A DNA stretch of 64,000 nt from a virus. Lineage: Duplodnaviria; Heunggongvirae; Uroviricota; Caudoviricetes. The notes beneath the pieces were generated by a model, which saw only the letters and a list, made by a program, of their open reading frames with translations, was not told where the DNA came from and ran no database searches. The position numbers and the translations under genes were made by a program. The DNA is taken from positions 26,314 through 90,313 of IMG/VR virus record IMGVR_UViG_3300045253_000164. One strand, given 5' to 3'. Positions 27,849 to 37,369 of this stretch are shown one piece after another. Each line of letters begins with the position of its first letter. The stretch's first letter is position 1.

Positions 27849-28738
27849 GCGGCCCTCAGCATGTTCGTGAACTGCGCGCGCCACACCGCCCGTTCGAACT
27901 GCCCCCGCCAACGGTCGGACTCGACGAGCCGTTGCGCTTCCGTCAGTCCTACAACGCGGCCGCCGCGGGCCGGGAAGGTGACCAGGTCCACTGACATGGC
28001 CGAGGCGATTCCATCCACGACATTCCACGTGTCGCGCAGCGCCAGCGCCGCGGCATACTGCGGGTAGCTCTCGATCAGATCGCCAGCCGTCGCTACGTGC
28101 GAGGGACCCTCAGCGTTGATGGAGAACCCCAGGAGCACCTTGTCGGTGCCGGGATACTGACGCCCGTAGGCAATGGCCGCCTCGACGCACCGCTGCATCT
28201 CGACGGCAGCCTCGGCCAGCTGGCCCTGCAGATCACCCTTGTAGTTGACCAGCGCTGTCACCTCGGTGTTCGGAGAGACCGCCACGCCAGAGAACCAGCC
28301 GGAGATCTCCTGCACCGCGCGCTCGGGACGCTCTTCGTCCTCGCTGCGCGTCGGATGGTTCAGGAAGCACTTGACGCCTTCGAACACGCCGGCATCTCGC
28401 TGGATAACATCGGGGGGATAGAAGTTGCCGTCGCGACGGTTGCCCGGACCAGCGGTAATCAGCACGACTTGCGGCGTGCCGGATTCCGCAGTGGCTGCGG
28501 CTTCGCGGAACGGCGAGAAGCAGCTCAGGTGCGTTGCACGTGGAACACGCGCGGACTCGCGCTGCACGGCACCCAGGGCGCTGGCGCTGTTCGCCTCGGT
28601 CCACCCCTCATGGCACGCGCGGCGATAGAGTGCGGCCGCGTCGTACGGTACGCCGTTTTCCTTGTGCGGCGTGTAGCCCTTGTCGGCCATCCAATTGGCG
28701 AGGGCGTAGGGATTCGAGATGTCGGCGTGGCCCTTCAT
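27845..28738 (-). CDS. head morphogenesis protein (possible prohead protease/maturation protein)
   Basis: The tracked ORF starts with TTG at 28822 inside the terminator T-tract. The first ATG (28738, MKGHADISNPY...) has GAGGA ~12 nt upstream. Function is inferred from position ahead of the scaffold gene. Confidence 0.35.
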   Translation of the reverse strand: MKGHADISNPYALANWMADKGYTPHKENGVPYDAAALYRRACHEGWTEANSASALGAVQRESARVPRATHLSCFSPFREAAATAESGTPQVVLITAGPGNRRDGNFYPPDVIQRDAGVFEGVKCFLNHPTRSEDEERPERAVQEISGWFSGVAVSPNTEVTALVNYKGDLQGQLAEAAVEMQRCVEAAIAYGRQYPGTDKVLLGFSINAEGPSHVATAGDLIESYPQYAAALALRDTWNVVDGIASAMSVDLVTFPARGGRVVGLTEAQRLVESDRWRGQFERAVWRAQFTNMLRAA

Positions 28739-28820
28739 GGCGAGGACGGTGTCCTCCCAGCCGGGCGGGGCCTTCTCAATCTGGTGTGCGTCTGCGCGCT
28801 CTCTCACGTCTCGCGATCCC

Positions 28821-28858
28821 AAAAAGAAAACGGACGACCTCCGTCTGGAGATCGCCCG
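28821..28858 (-). terminator. Rho-independent terminator candidate (minus strand)
   Basis: Minus strand reads CGGGCGATCTCC-AGAC-GGAGGTCGTCCG (12-bp stem, 2 mismatches) followed by TTTTCTTTTT. It separates the upstream accessory genes from the head module. Confidence 0.5.
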
Positions 28859-28982
28859 TTTGAGTTCAGTCCGCCTGCGAGGCTTGCGCCGCCGCAGGGC
28901 GTTATCGTCAAACTGACTTGTTTCGGCGGGTAAAGGAAAGGTCAGCGCATGTCAAGCGGGAAGTTGAAAAAAGTTTGAGGAG

Positions 28983-29294
28983 CTAAGAATCGCCGTCCAC
29001 GATCCACGCAATCTGGTCCACACGCACTTCGAGTCCCCGACCATAACCGCACACTTCAAGCTCACCCGGATCACCTCGCAAAAACCGCACGCCGTTTAGC
29101 CGAACGTAGTAGGGGTTGCTGGGCTCCGCAGATTCAAAGTGAATCACCTCCCCGGAACGCAATCGACAAGCATAATACCACGAGTCTGAGCACGCCTTCC
29201 TCAGTACCCAGGGCCAGTCCTTAGTAACCTCTTCAATCCAAGCCGCTTCTTCGCGCTCATCTTGCGTTCCCGAATCGTCTTCCACTGCGTCCAT
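28983..29294 (-). CDS. hypothetical protein
   Basis: 103 aa, acidic N-terminus. Confidence 0.35.
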   Translation of the reverse strand: MDAVEDDSGTQDEREEAAWIEEVTKDWPWVLRKACSDSWYYACRLRSGEVIHFESAEPSNPYYVRLNGVRFLRGDPGELEVCGYGRGLEVRVDQIAWIVDGDS

Positions 29295-29559
29295 GCTTCC
29301 TCCCTCGCGTTTCAGCCGCGCAGCCGGCGCCCGATCGCACCGTTCAGATCCTTCACGCTCCCGACGTTGGGCCGCACATCGAATTTCGTGGCCGCGCCGT
29401 CGTGGAACTCCACCAGCAACGAACCCGCGCCTTGTTGCTTCACCAACCGATAGCCGGTCAACACGCGCTGCTCATCGGGCGCGAGCTCCCAGAGCAAGAC
29501 GCCGCTGGCCAGGATCGGCTGCACGCCGACAGGGATGCCGATGGTTGCGGTCGCCACAG

Positions 29560-30291
29560 TCAGTCGCCGTATTCGCATTCGCGCAACGTCGACGTGTTGA
29601 ACGCGCGCAGCGGCAGCGGCCGGTGGCAGTGCTGACAGCGAATCGCGCTCCACGCCCGGAGCATCCCGGCATCATTCGCCTGCGTCAGCTCCACGAACTC
29701 GGCGTCGCTGAGCTGCCGTGCCATTGCTTGCACGCGTTCATGCGCCGGCATGTCCGGCGCGAAGTTGCACTGGTAGACCTTGTCCGGCGTCAGCACTTCG
29801 TTGGCCATCGGCTGCCAGCGGAAGTACACCGCCGTCTTGGGAAGGGGCTCCTCCGTCAGTATGAGCAACCGCGCATCCGTGAACGGCGGCAACGACGCAT
29901 GGCCTTCGACGACGAAACTTCCCAGGTCCGGATCGGACACCCCGAGGCTCACCATCTGTTCCTTCGCCGACACGAGCTGAATGGCGCGGAACAGCAGATC
30001 ATTGCGCTCGCTCTGGAAGCGATGGCGCCACGGCTCCACGCAGTGCCAGCTGCAGCGGTACCAATCGAGCACCGCGTCGCGACCCGCCGGTGTGCCGAGG
30101 TCGATGTCGGACATGGTCAGCAGCTCGGCCAGGTCCACGGCGTCGAGGCTCGGTATCGGCTGACCGTCGCGCTTGCAGATCCGGCACTGCCGCGCCGGGC
30201 GGACCTTCAGGCGCAGGCGGTACCCGCGGACACTGTCGTGGCGGCAGTCGTCGTAGCAGCAGTCGAGTCCAAAAACGGCACCAGTGCTCAT
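29560..30291 (-). CDS. hypothetical Cys-rich protein
   Basis: 243 aa with multiple Cys pairs (CCYDDC, CRIC, CQHCH); ATGA overlap with 30288..30668. Confidence 0.4.
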   Translation of the reverse strand: MSTGAVFGLDCCYDDCRHDSVRGYRLRLKVRPARQCRICKRDGQPIPSLDAVDLAELLTMSDIDLGTPAGRDAVLDWYRCSWHCVEPWRHRFQSERNDLLFRAIQLVSAKEQMVSLGVSDPDLGSFVVEGHASLPPFTDARLLILTEEPLPKTAVYFRWQPMANEVLTPDKVYQCNFAPDMPAHERVQAMARQLSDAEFVELTQANDAGMLRAWSAIRCQHCHRPLPLRAFNTSTLRECEYGD

Positions 30292-30668
30292 AATGTCTCC
30301 TTGTCCGCTACGCGACGTACACGAGGGTCGATGTACTCCGTAAATTCCGCACGCCAGATACGATCACCGCCCCACTCACACCAGACCTTGATGGCAGACA
30401 GCAGTGGCTTGCGACCGTCAATAAGAATCTCGCATTTGCCGTTGCGCTCAGCATGGATCGCTAGTGTTCCAACTTCGACGTCCAAACGCGACGGCTGCAC
30501 CACTTGTGTCTCAGCCGCAAGCGGATGAATCGACGAACCGAACCGCTCCATCAATCGCTTCGCCAGCTGGCCACTGTGCATGCCACCGGCAAGCCCTGCC
30601 GCAAGTTCCTGCTCGAGATCATCGCGGGTTGCGCACAGGAGTCGCGCCGACCCTTCGTCTGCTGCCAT
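30288..30668 (-). CDS. hypothetical protein
   Basis: 126 aa; stop abuts the start of GT gene 30672..31718. Confidence 0.35.
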   Translation of the reverse strand: MAADEGSARLLCATRDDLEQELAAGLAGGMHSGQLAKRLMERFGSSIHPLAAETQVVQPSRLDVEVGTLAIHAERNGKCEILIDGRKPLLSAIKVWCEWGGDRIWRAEFTEYIDPRVRRVADKETL

Positions 30669-30671
30669 GCT

Positions 30672-31718
30672 TCACTCCAACCCCAGGCCCTGCAGCACCC
30701 GCGCCGCCAGGTGCTTGTACAACCACTTCTCCATCGTGAGCGCGTAGGCCCGCTGCGTGATGGCGTCGTACTGATCCGGGTTGTCGCGCACCCATTGCGC
30801 GGCGTCTCCCATGCTAACGGCATCGCGGCTGTGCGCCAACCAGATCCCGTCGGGATCCGTCGGTCCCTCGTGTCCGAAGCAGCGCCGCGGCGCGCCGAAC
30901 GCGGACACCATCGACGGGACGTGATCGCTCAGCATCACGCAGCCCATGGCGAACGCCTCGACGATGCGCATGGGCACGAAGTCGACGTTGGAACAGCTGA
31001 GGGCACAGAGCGCCCGGTTGTAGGCGTCGGCCATGCCCTGATAGCTGAACACCTTGCCGAAGATCGTGCTGGCACTCTCACCCAGGTTGGAGCCGTACCA
31101 CTGGGCCGGCATCGCTTCGGCACCATCGAACCGCGCGCGCAGCTGGTTCCAGATGGTCGGGCGGGGTTCGTAGTGGGTGCCGATCTGACAGATCAGCTTG
31201 TCGCGATCGGCGCCGGGTTTGGTCAGCGGATGAATCTCGGGGTCCGCACCGAACACGAACCATTCCGCCGGACGCCCCTGGCGATCGACGGGTAGCGGCA
31301 CTTTGGCCGTGCGGCCGTTGTCGTCATGCTGGATGAAGTAGGCCTCGAAGTCCGCAGCGCGGAGTTGACTGCGGCTGTGCTGCTCGGCGTTAAAATTTTC
31401 GATTGCCAGGTGTCCCCACTTGATGCCCTCCGGCGCGGTGCCCGTGATAACCAAGTGGTCGTATTGATCAACCGTGCAGACCACGTCCGGTGACCATCCC
31501 ATGTCCGTGCGCGCCAGCTCGACGACGGTCCCAATGTCCACCGGCGCGTTGGGCAGCTCGAGATCGTTGCGGCGATACTCCGCCCACTGACTGAAGCCGT
31601 AGACCTCGGGCGAGCTCGGCCCCGCGGTCAACACCTCGTGGCCCAGTTGCTGGAACGCGCGGCGGACGAACAGCCCGACACACATCGGGCGACTCATGTA
31701 CGTACACAACACCCTCAT
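30672..31718 (-). CDS. GT-B fold glycosyltransferase (GT1/GT4-like, CgeB-like)
   Basis: Start at MRVLCTYM (internal ATG 31718, ATGA overlap). The C-terminal domain has DFVPMRIVEAFAMGCVMLSD, resembling the GT1 E-x7-E region. It is paralogous to 38689..39624. Confidence 0.55.
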   Translation of the reverse strand: MRVLCTYMSRPMCVGLFVRRAFQQLGHEVLTAGPSSPEVYGFSQWAEYRRNDLELPNAPVDIGTVVELARTDMGWSPDVVCTVDQYDHLVITGTAPEGIKWGHLAIENFNAEQHSRSQLRAADFEAYFIQHDDNGRTAKVPLPVDRQGRPAEWFVFGADPEIHPLTKPGADRDKLICQIGTHYEPRPTIWNQLRARFDGAEAMPAQWYGSNLGESASTIFGKVFSYQGMADAYNRALCALSCSNVDFVPMRIVEAFAMGCVMLSDHVPSMVSAFGAPRRCFGHEGPTDPDGIWLAHSRDAVSMGDAAQWVRDNPDQYDAITQRAYALTMEKWLYKHLAARVLQGLGLE

Positions 31719-32722
31719 CCCACTGTCCTCCCTGATCCTAACCGCCCCACGATGTCCAACAGGTACCGTGCGCGGGCTTCGCTCGTGTGATGCCGCAGGA
31801 AATGCGCGTGTCCCGCGGCCGCGATCTGCCGCGCCCGGTCCTCGCGATCCATCAACCACAGCGCCACATCTGCCACGCGCTCACTGCGCTGCACGTAGAA
31901 GCAGTGCACGCCATCTTCCGGGGCTTCTGGAATCTGGATGCGTGGCGCTTCGGCGACCTGGCACAACCCGTAGGCGAACTGTTCCCAGAAACGATTGTTA
32001 TCCCACTGCGTCACGTAGGGATGGCCGTTCCAGCTGATGCCGACCAACGCCTCCGCCATCCGGGCGTGATACTCCTCAGGAGACGGCCGTGTGCCTTTCT
32101 CCTGCCCGCGGTACAACCCGCAGTCGAGTTGCTCGCGTGTGATCTCACCGCGCCCTACAGCGGCTTGCAGCCCTTCGACGATCTGCATCCGCGGTCGCCC
32201 AGGGCCGTCGAAGCCGTGCGCGGTCGCGTGATAGAAGACGCGCAGCGCCTTCGAGGGCATCGGCGTCGGAACCCTGGACGCCGGATAGCAGAGTGGCAGC
32301 GGGTAACCCCAGTTGGCGCCAAGCGGCAGCTCCCGCTTGAAATAGGCAGCAAGCGGACGCCCGGCGCAGGCCTCGTAGAGACCCCGCTGATTGCCGACGT
32401 GGTCGCTGTAGTCGACCGCGACGATGGGCGTCGTGTCGTACTTCGGCAGCGCGCGTACGGTGTGCCGCACTTCTGCCGTGTGGATGGCGATCACGACAAG
32501 GTCGTACTCGACGCTCTCGGGCGCGGGTCGCGTCGGATAGAACAGATCCGAGTCGAGGCTGCATGCATCGCGTTCCGCCGGGTCGCCCAGGTGGTACGTG
32601 GGGTTTGCTGGCCAATCGATCACGTTGTGGTAGCCGAGCACGGAGACCAGGCCGTCGAAGAGGAAGGCGTTGCCATAATCGTGGCCATGCAGGCCGGAGC
32701 CGGCGAGGTAGAGGACTCTCAC
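31715..32722 (-). CDS. GT-B-like putative glycosyltransferase paralogue (family of 3)
   Basis: 335 aa, MRVLYLAGSG...AGHAHFLRHHTSEARARYLLD. It shares the N-terminal MR(V/I)L(Y/L)L motif and C-terminal helix with the other island paralogues. The GTG start overlaps the upstream stop. Confidence 0.35.
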   Translation of the reverse strand: MRVLYLAGSGLHGHDYGNAFLFDGLVSVLGYHNVIDWPANPTYHLGDPAERDACSLDSDLFYPTRPAPESVEYDLVVIAIHTAEVRHTVRALPKYDTTPIVAVDYSDHVGNQRGLYEACAGRPLAAYFKRELPLGANWGYPLPLCYPASRVPTPMPSKALRVFYHATAHGFDGPGRPRMQIVEGLQAAVGRGEITREQLDCGLYRGQEKGTRPSPEEYHARMAEALVGISWNGHPYVTQWDNNRFWEQFAYGLCQVAEAPRIQIPEAPEDGVHCFYVQRSERVADVALWLMDREDRARQIAAAGHAHFLRHHTSEARARYLLDIVGRLGSGRTVG

Positions 32723-32895
32723 CGCCGCACTTCCTTCCCCGGCCAGCCGCTGCCCTTCAGCACGAACGTCGTTGCCGACACCAGTCGCGTCACCTTGCCA
32801 CTACACCGCGGACAGCGGCGCAACGCGGGCTCCGTAATGCGCTGCTGGCGCTCGAAGGGGCCACAGCGTGGACAGTGGTACTCATAGGTCGGCAT
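32719..32895 (-). CDS. FmdB-family zinc-ribbon protein
   Basis: MPTYEYHCPRCGPFE...RRCPRCSG matches the FmdB motif MPxYEYxCxxCG plus a second CxxC. Start at internal ATG 32895. Confidence 0.55.
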   Translation of the reverse strand: MPTYEYHCPRCGPFERQQRITEPALRRCPRCSGKVTRLVSATTFVLKGSGWPGKEVRR

Positions 32896-33289
32896 TCGTG
32901 GTGATCTCCGCAGTGACCTCCGCCATTCGACGCCAATGTTCCGCAAGCGCCATCAGCAGCTTTCGCGCAGCAGAGTCACCGCATAGGCCAGCTGCAACGG
33001 CTTCTGCGTCGCTCGCACAGAACCGCAACACCCCCACCTGCACTTGGCAACGGGATGCTTCGTTTGGAGCCTCATTGAGTTGAGACAGAATCCACTCAAC
33101 ATCCGCTTCGTCAACGACGGTATAGATGCCGTTGTAGACGCCGGTGCCACGAACAGTCTGGATAGGGACGCCGCCACTGACCGGTTTCGCGTCCCGGAAG
33201 GGTCCCCCGATCTCCCACCGCGCACCCGGCATAATCTGGCGACACCAAGCAACAGCCTCTTCCTTCTTATTCACCCTCATGCCATCCAC
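32882..33289 (-). CDS. hypothetical protein
   Basis: 135 aa; overlaps its neighbours by a few nt. Confidence 0.35.
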   Translation of the reverse strand: MDGMRVNKKEEAVAWCRQIMPGARWEIGGPFRDAKPVSGGVPIQTVRGTGVYNGIYTVVDEADVEWILSQLNEAPNEASRCQVQVGVLRFCASDAEAVAAGLCGDSAARKLLMALAEHWRRMAEVTAEITTNADL

Positions 33290-33723
33290 TCCATCTGCCG
33301 CGCCCCGAATCCCACCGCCAGGTACAGCGCCGTCGCCGCCGTGTTCTCTGGCTTCAGGTTTACAATCACGCGGGTAATGCCCTGGGTCTTGAGCCAGTCC
33401 AACAGCAACGCAATCGCTTCGCGCATGTAGCCCCTGCGTCGCTGTTCGGGGGCCATCAAGACCTGGCCCAGCTCGATCGACGCGCCGTCGTGGTTGGAGA
33501 CGCCGAGCTGTCCGATGGCCACGCCGTCGTGCTCGACGATGAGCATCGTATCAGTGCCGCTCAAGTACTTCGCAAACCACGCTTCATGCTGTGCCATCGT
33601 CAATTCAGCATTGTGAAAGAACGCCTCACGGCTCGCGTTGCGCCAGACAAGCGTCAGCAGCAAATCGGCCTCGGTGAGGGGGCGCAGCGCGATGCGGGCA
33701 CCGAGAAGCGCGGGCGCTTTCAT
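33277..33723 (-). CDS. GNAT-family N-acetyltransferase
   Basis: IALRPLTEADLL...; motif A QRRRGYMREAI; KPENTAATALYLAVGF tail. Confidence 0.6.
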   Translation of the reverse strand: MKAPALLGARIALRPLTEADLLLTLVWRNASREAFFHNAELTMAQHEAWFAKYLSGTDTMLIVEHDGVAIGQLGVSNHDGASIELGQVLMAPEQRRRGYMREAIALLLDWLKTQGITRVIVNLKPENTAATALYLAVGFGARQMEWMA

Positions 33724-34856
33724 CGCAGCCCCCGCATCACGCGCCCGACGCGCTCCACGTCATCGAACGTCATCCCGACATGCAACGGCAACGACAGCAG
33801 TTCTGCCGCAGCACGCTCCGCACGCGGGCACCGTGCGGCACCGGCATACATCGGGTAGCTCGTGTTGCACTGATAGTGGACGCCGGGGAAAATCCCCTGC
33901 GCGTTTAGCTGTTGCAACAGCTGGTCACGGTTCAGAACGCGCACCTGATAGAGATGCCGCGACGACACACAACCGGGCGCTTGCGGGATTCGCTGCGCCC
34001 ACACCGGCAATACGGCATCGTAGATCTGACTGAGTTCTCGTCGCCGCAAATTGTCGGCCTTCAAATAGCGCAGCGCCACCAAGCCCATCGCCGCCATCAC
34101 CGCGTTGCCGTGATACTTGAAGCCGACGCGCGGCACGTCGTACTGCCAACGGTAGCCGCTCGTCGCCTGAGTCCGGCTGTAGGTGTCCTTGGTGATCCCG
34201 AGCCACGTGAGTTGGCGGCAGAGGTGATCGTGGGTTGGATCACGGAAGCAGACCATCCCACTGTCGGCCGTTGGCAGATTCTTTACCGCATGAAAACTGA
34301 ACACGGTCGCGTCTGCTTCTGACCCCACGTGCCGGCCGTTCCATTCGGTACCCGCCATGTGCGCGGCGTCGAGGATGAGCCGCAGGTTGTAGCGGTGGCA
34401 GATCGCAATGATCTCCGGCAGCTGTCCTGTGTTGCCCCCGATGCCAACGAACATCACGGCCCGGGTCCGCCGCGTGATCCGGGACTCTACCGACTCTGGA
34501 TCGAGGCACAGGTACTCATCAACATCGGCGAACACCGGTCGGAGTCGTTCGTAGAGGATCACATGGTTCGTCGACACAAACGTCAGCGGCGTCGCAATGA
34601 TCTCGTCGCCGTCCTGCCAGCCATCTTCAGACTTCAAGGTGTGCACAGCGAGGTGCAATCCGGCCGTCGCGGAGTTGACGAAGTGCGCGTGCGGCAATCC
34701 CGTGAAGGCTCTCCACGCCGCTTCGAAGCGCTGCGTTGTTTCACCGGGGCCCGTCCAACCGGATTCCAGGCACGGGCGAATGGCGTCCAGCACTTCGTCG
34801 ACGCGGTACATCGGTCGGAATAGATGCAACGGTGTGACCGAACCTGTGACGGTCAT
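33720..34856 (-). CDS. DegT/DnrJ/EryC1/StrS-family PLP-dependent sugar aminotransferase
   Basis: 378 aa; FSFHAVKNL contains the family's Schiff-base Lys motif (SFHxxK). GLHLAVHTL is also present. Confidence 0.75.
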   Translation of the reverse strand: MTVTGSVTPLHLFRPMYRVDEVLDAIRPCLESGWTGPGETTQRFEAAWRAFTGLPHAHFVNSATAGLHLAVHTLKSEDGWQDGDEIIATPLTFVSTNHVILYERLRPVFADVDEYLCLDPESVESRITRRTRAVMFVGIGGNTGQLPEIIAICHRYNLRLILDAAHMAGTEWNGRHVGSEADATVFSFHAVKNLPTADSGMVCFRDPTHDHLCRQLTWLGITKDTYSRTQATSGYRWQYDVPRVGFKYHGNAVMAAMGLVALRYLKADNLRRRELSQIYDAVLPVWAQRIPQAPGCVSSRHLYQVRVLNRDQLLQQLNAQGIFPGVHYQCNTSYPMYAGAARCPRAERAAAELLSLPLHVGMTFDDVERVGRVMRGLR

Positions 34857-35650
34857 GTCAGCACCGCTTGGTGCACGAGCACGTCGGCCATGGTCACGCC
34901 CTTGGGTGCAATCCGGACGGCACGGCCGGCAACGTCGATGTGCTCACCGTCAAGTCTGCGCGCTGGAAGGACCGGCGTAGCTGCGGAGACCTCAGTCTTG
35001 CCCGTCGCGTAGCTTTGGAAGTGCGGATGCCCGTTCGCCCCCAGGCCCAGGACGCGGCGTGTGTTGTCAGGCACCCAGTGATGATCGGAGTTGAGCAGGA
35101 TACTCCAGATGGCATAGCCCTGTTGCAGCGCCCAAATACAGGGCTCCCACGCCCCGTAGCCATAGCCGAAGCGCAACGCCCCAACACAGCCCCGTTCGCG
35201 GAACAGGTCGACACGGAAGCCGAACGAGAAGCTGTCCAACGTGACGCCGAGATGATCAACCGACGGCAGGCTGGGGTTGGCCTGCTCATCCCACACGGAG
35301 TAGGCGCACCAGGTCGCCAGAGCCACGCGCCAGCCGTGTGCCAGCTCCAGCTGATGCTCCCAGCCCGGCTCACGCATCGCAAAATCGTCGTGGACCACCA
35401 TGCACCAGTCCCACTGCTGGGCAACGGCGTAGTCCAGGCACCATTGCCAGAGGTCGCACTCGTCCTCGAAACGGCCGACCTGCTGCACCACCTCGACGCC
35501 CTCAGGAATCGGCGGCAACTCCCCAGCGGTGATCCCGTTCAGCAAAGCAATCACCGGGGTATCGCGTTGAGAGAAGTGCCGACAACTCCACCAGGCACGC
35601 TCCTGCATGGCGTGACGGGTGCAAGTAGGGATGATGAGGCCGACCTTCAT
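34853..35650 (-). CDS. putative GT-A fold glycosyltransferase
   Basis: 265 aa; MKVGLIIPTCTRH resembles the GT2 N-terminus; VHDDFAM is a DxD-like motif. Weak. Confidence 0.3.
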   Translation of the reverse strand: MKVGLIIPTCTRHAMQERAWWSCRHFSQRDTPVIALLNGITAGELPPIPEGVEVVQQVGRFEDECDLWQWCLDYAVAQQWDWCMVVHDDFAMREPGWEHQLELAHGWRVALATWCAYSVWDEQANPSLPSVDHLGVTLDSFSFGFRVDLFRERGCVGALRFGYGYGAWEPCIWALQQGYAIWSILLNSDHHWVPDNTRRVLGLGANGHPHFQSYATGKTEVSAATPVLPARRLDGEHIDVAGRAVRIAPKGVTMADVLVHQAVLT

Positions 35651-37093
35651 CTACCCTTCCACCATACGATCGCCGACCGCCAGCATATCCACGCCCAACT
35701 GCCGCGCCGTACCTTCCGCGTCGGTCACGGTGTTTGCCATCGCCTGCCCGTGCCCGTTGAAGCTGGTGTTGAGCAGCATCGGCACACCCGTTGCGCAACC
35801 GAACGCCGCGAGGATGTGACCGAGCACAGACGACTCGTCGACGAGCTGCACACGCGCCGACCCGTCGGCGTGTACAGCGGCCGGCGCCAGCCGCCGCATC
35901 TCCTCGGTGGCCTGGCAGATCGTGGTCATGAACTCGTAGGCGCCGGGATCGATCAGGTCGAAGTAACGTCGGGCGTGTCGACGCAGCACGACCGGCGCCA
36001 CCGGCCGCCACGGCGCGCGCTGCTTCATCTCGTTCAGCCGGCCCTTGATGGCGAGCGATCGCGGATCCGCCAAAAGCGAGCGATGACCCAGCGCTCTTGG
36101 TCCCGACTCAGCGCGGCCGTTCACCAGCGCGACGATCTGCCCCTCGAGCAGCGCGTCGACGACGCGATCAACATTGGGTGTGCCTTCCAATCCCGGCTCC
36201 GTCCAGCCGGCAAACGCCACCTGCTCCACGGAGTACCGTCGGCGTGGCTCTCCCAGGATCCGATGCAGGACATACAACGCTGCCCCGATGGACAGGCCGC
36301 CATCGTCGCACGCAGGAGGTACCCATGCAGCGGGAACATGACCGGAGCGGAGCAATGCATGCACGGCAATCCCGTTGAGCGCGCAGCCGCCGGCGATCAC
36401 CACCGGACGCCCTGCAGGCACGAGCTCGTGGAACGCGTCGATCGTCTGGGCCTCGAGCGTCGCCACGCGCGATCGGACGGCGGGGTCCATTCCCGTTCGA
36501 GCGGTGAAATCCTCCGCGGGAATACCGAGCAGCGCCATGACGGTGCCTTCTTGAAACTGCCCGCCGCAGATCTGGTGGGAGGCGTCGTTCCAGGCGCCCC
36601 CGATACCAGGGCAGGGATGCCAGCGGATGCCGAAGGTTTCGCCGTTGCCATTGCCCACTGCGCAGGTGATCACCTTGAGCCCTTCGGGCGTCTTGTAGGC
36701 GTCGCCGCCGCCGTCCAGCGCGAGAATCGAAGCCTGGTCGTAAGGACTCGTGTAGTAGGCATACGCGGCGTGGGCCGTGTGATGAGGAATGCCGAAGGCG
36801 CGGCGATCTCCACCGAGCACGCAGCTCGAGCGGTCATCGAACTGCATCAGGTCGTCCCAGCCGTTGCGCGTAATGCCGAACATCCCCGATACGCCGGCCA
36901 TATAGGTGATCTGCTCCCGGGTGATCCCGATCAGTCGGCAGGCGTCGTCGACCTGCTCCATCGGTGCTAGGGTATCGTGCCGGATGCGGGTGAAGCGCTC
37001 GCGCTCGAAGTGGACGATCTTGCCGTCGCCGACAATGGCGAAGCTGCCGTCGTGGCCCTGGTAAGCGCCCAGCACGTAGATGGGGTCAGCCAT
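35651..37093 (-). CDS. NodU/CmcH-family O-carbamoyltransferase
   Basis: 480 aa; IPHHTAHAAYAYYTSPY, ESGPRALGHRSLLADPR and MLLNTSFNGHGQ match the conserved carbamoyltransferase N- and C-domain motifs. Confidence 0.75.
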   Translation of the reverse strand: MADPIYVLGAYQGHDGSFAIVGDGKIVHFERERFTRIRHDTLAPMEQVDDACRLIGITREQITYMAGVSGMFGITRNGWDDLMQFDDRSSCVLGGDRRAFGIPHHTAHAAYAYYTSPYDQASILALDGGGDAYKTPEGLKVITCAVGNGNGETFGIRWHPCPGIGGAWNDASHQICGGQFQEGTVMALLGIPAEDFTARTGMDPAVRSRVATLEAQTIDAFHELVPAGRPVVIAGGCALNGIAVHALLRSGHVPAAWVPPACDDGGLSIGAALYVLHRILGEPRRRYSVEQVAFAGWTEPGLEGTPNVDRVVDALLEGQIVALVNGRAESGPRALGHRSLLADPRSLAIKGRLNEMKQRAPWRPVAPVVLRRHARRYFDLIDPGAYEFMTTICQATEEMRRLAPAAVHADGSARVQLVDESSVLGHILAAFGCATGVPMLLNTSFNGHGQAMANTVTDAEGTARQLGVDMLAVGDRMVEG

Positions 37094-37096
37094 CCG

Positions 37097-37369
37097 CTAG
37101 ACTTCTTCCCATCCGCACAACCACAGTGTGTCGAGATTATCGCTGCGGCCGGCCAGTACCACATCCACCATGACATCAATGTCCCTGATGCGCAGGCCGA
37201 ACAAAACATTTGCCGTCTGAACGCAGAGATGAAGCGCGGCTTCCGCGGATCGCGACAAATTGCCACCGACAGATACCGCTGCCTCAATCAGTGACCACGG
37301 ATTCAACCCTCGATAGGGATTCACGCGGTTGCTCAGTCGGTGATCGATGCGAATCCAATTCTGGTTCAT
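37097..37369 (-). CDS. hypothetical protein
   Basis: 90 aa from internal ATG 37369 (MNQNWIRIDH...), with ATGA overlap to the upstream stop. Confidence 0.35.
   Translation of the reverse strand: MNQNWIRIDHRLSNRVNPYRGLNPWSLIEAAVSVGGNLSRSAEAALHLCVQTANVLFGLRIRDIDVMVDVVLAGRSDNLDTLWLCGWEEV

Noticed and set aside
36967-37287. 106-aa minus-strand ORF overlapping the 3' end of the carbamoyltransferase
   Set aside because: Different frame within a well-supported gene; composition looks artefactual.
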